From Azolla caroliniana (lineage: Eukaryota > Plantae > Polypodiophyta): 9,297 nucleotides of DNA. Position numbers and translations under genes: made by a program. This document shows positions 8,031 through 9,297 of the stretch, piece after piece; within the stretch, counting starts at the first letter, position 1, and each line of letters starts with the position of its first letter. The stretch covers positions 1-9,297 of the forward strand of contig JBHGNT010001374.1 of NCBI GenBank assembly GCA_043228905.1, given 5' to 3'. The notes below the pieces were generated by a model. It worked only from the letters and a program-made list of their open reading frames with translations. It did no database searches and was not told the origin of the DNA.

Positions 8031-8039
8031 TTAGGGTTT
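8031..8039 (-). promoter_or_regulatory. Telo-box (AAACCCTAA)
   Basis: TTAGGGTTT on the + strand about 45 nt upstream of ATG 8085, a typical position for this plant interstitial telomere motif. Confidence 0.6.
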
Positions 8040-8061
8040 CACCCCCCTCCCCTCTTCCCGA

Positions 8062-8079
8062 TCTTCTTCTTCTTCTTCT
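8062..8079. repeat. (TCT)6 microsatellite in a pyrimidine-rich leader
   Basis: Direct reading; ends 5 nt before the ATG. Confidence 0.9.
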
Positions 8080-8084
8080 GATTG

Positions 8085-8268
8085 ATGGTCGATTCTGCCT
8101 CGCCCATTCCCCTTTCTATGGCTGCACAGGCTGTGAAAAATTATGCCCCCTCTTCTCCGAAACCCAATGCCTCCCCAATTTCTTGCTCCATCTGCTTCGA
8201 GCCCGTTTCTGAGGATGCAGGGGACCGATCGATTGCTAAGCTAAAATGTGGTCACTCTTTCCATCTAG
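8085..8268 (+). CDS. First coding exon of a RING-H2 E3 ubiquitin ligase, RFI2/IPI1-like (partial; gene continues beyond the window)
   Basis: MVDSASP...CSICFEPVSEDAGDRSIAKLKCGHSFHL followed by donor TAG|GTAAGC (phase 1). C-x2-C...C-x-H-x2-H is the first half of a RING-H2; DRSxAKLxCGHxFHL matches the RFI2 family as I recall it, which continues DCIGSAFN in the next exon. The ORF track start at 8082 is TTG; the ATG is at 8085. Confidence 0.85.
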
Positions 8269-8751
8269 GTAAGCCCTCCGTTTGTCTTTTCTTTTTTATG
8301 GCAGGGAAATTCGTTTGATTTCTCCATATTTTGTTGCCGTTAAATGATTTTCTTTCACCTTGTACTAAAATTGATGTGTGTCAATCTGAAATTATGCTCC
8401 GCTATCTGGTAGTTTTTTTTTTATCTCTGGAAGAAGATCAAGGTTACTCTGGCATTGAGTAGTTCATAACACTAGGGAAAATGGAATAATCACTTTCTCA
8501 TTTAGGTAGATTTTAATGTTAGGCAAATGAAATTGTTTTCTTCATTTAGGCGATTCTGATCTCAGGGAAAATGATTTTTTGGGAGAGTTTCATCTCAGGG
8601 GAAATGTGAAATCATTGCCATATTTAGTAGATTATGATCTCAGACATAGTCGCACATTTTTATTATTTCTTCCTCATCTCATTCACTGGATTTTGAAATG
8701 AAATTTGTTTTTCTCATTTGTAGATTTTATATGGAAATATTTCCTCAGCTG

Positions 8752-8914
8752 GTAGATTTTTTATATCAACAAAAATGAGAATTGTTTACTCGTAGTCTTA
8801 ATAGATTTCGTAATTTTTTAATATCAAGAAAGTAGTAGATTTTTTATATCAACAAAAATGAACATTGTTTGCTTGTCGTCTCAATAGATTCACTAGTTTT
8901 TTAATATCAAGAAA
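8752..8914. repeat. Tandem duplication with an 83-bp period (8752-8831 / 8835-8914)
   Basis: Manual ungapped alignment gives 70/80 identities, with the first 27 nt identical. Confidence 0.92.
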
Positions 8915-8946
8915 AAGTGAAAAAATTCTATTATTTAATAGATTCT

Positions 8947-9296
8947 AATTCTTGTATTATTAGTTATCCAAAATGAATATTCATTAGTATATGGGATGCT
9001 AAATGAATAGTTCCACTTAGAGCTTTTCAAGTTATGTGCAAAATATGTCTTATAAATAGAGGTTGGGTGTCAGCATTCAAACTGGGCTACGTATTTTAGA
9101 TAGTTGAAGGGAAAGATGTACTATCATTTTATACAAACGAATTTGAGAGTGTAGCTATGGCTTAACCCAAGTTGTATTCCGTTTTTTCTTTGTCATACAT
9201 TCATGGTTATAATGAATGTTCCAATTCTTGCTTTATTAGTTAGGCAAAATGAATGTTCATTAGTATAGGTAGGGATGGTAAATGAATACTTTCCAT
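8947..9296. repeat. Imperfect ~70-bp direct repeat (8947-9016 / 9223-9296)
   Basis: aattcttg..ttattagtta..caaaatgaat.ttcattagtata...gggatg.taaatgaata..ttcca occurs twice, 276 bp apart. Confidence 0.88.
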
Positions 9297-9297
9297 G

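Noticed and set aside
8269-8318. ORF-track tail GKPSVCLFFFMAGKFV
   Set aside because: Read-through past the GTAAGC donor into the intron; the RING motif would be left incomplete
8472-8914. CRISPR-like repeat/spacer array
   Set aside because: The repeats are degenerate and contiguous, without unique regular spacers, and lie in a plant intron
9056-9095. TCAGCATTCAA (SAF) as possible RING exon 2
   Set aside because: The nearby AG gives the wrong phase and neither DCIG nor CPxCR is encoded; the real exon 2 must lie beyond the window
1-9297. A novel multi-gene system, operon or defence locus
   Set aside because: The content is explained by one housekeeping plant gene, an intergenic region and the start of a RING ligase gene; nothing in the sequence links them functionally

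Overview
Eukaryotic land-plant genomic DNA, AT-rich with GT-AG introns; a non-angiosperm such as a fern or lycophyte is possible but only inferred. The window holds one complete, intact + strand gene for the peroxisomal fatty-acid beta-oxidation multifunctional protein (MFP2/AIM1 family). I spliced it by hand into 17 coding exons from 158 to 5323 (2169 nt, 722 aa), with enoyl-CoA hydratase and 3-hydroxyacyl-CoA dehydrogenase domains and a C-terminal PTS1 (ARL). A ~2.7 kb intergenic region follows, with palindromes, a GC/CpG-rich island and microsatellites. Next comes the first coding exon (8085-8268) of an RFI2/IPI1-like RING-H2 E3 ligase, whose first intron contains degenerate repeats and runs off the window. 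I see no evidence of a novel multi-gene system. The points of interest are modest: mosaic AIM1/MFP2 character, a possible intron loss, a substitution near the hydratase active site, candidate regulatory elements and repeat relics.
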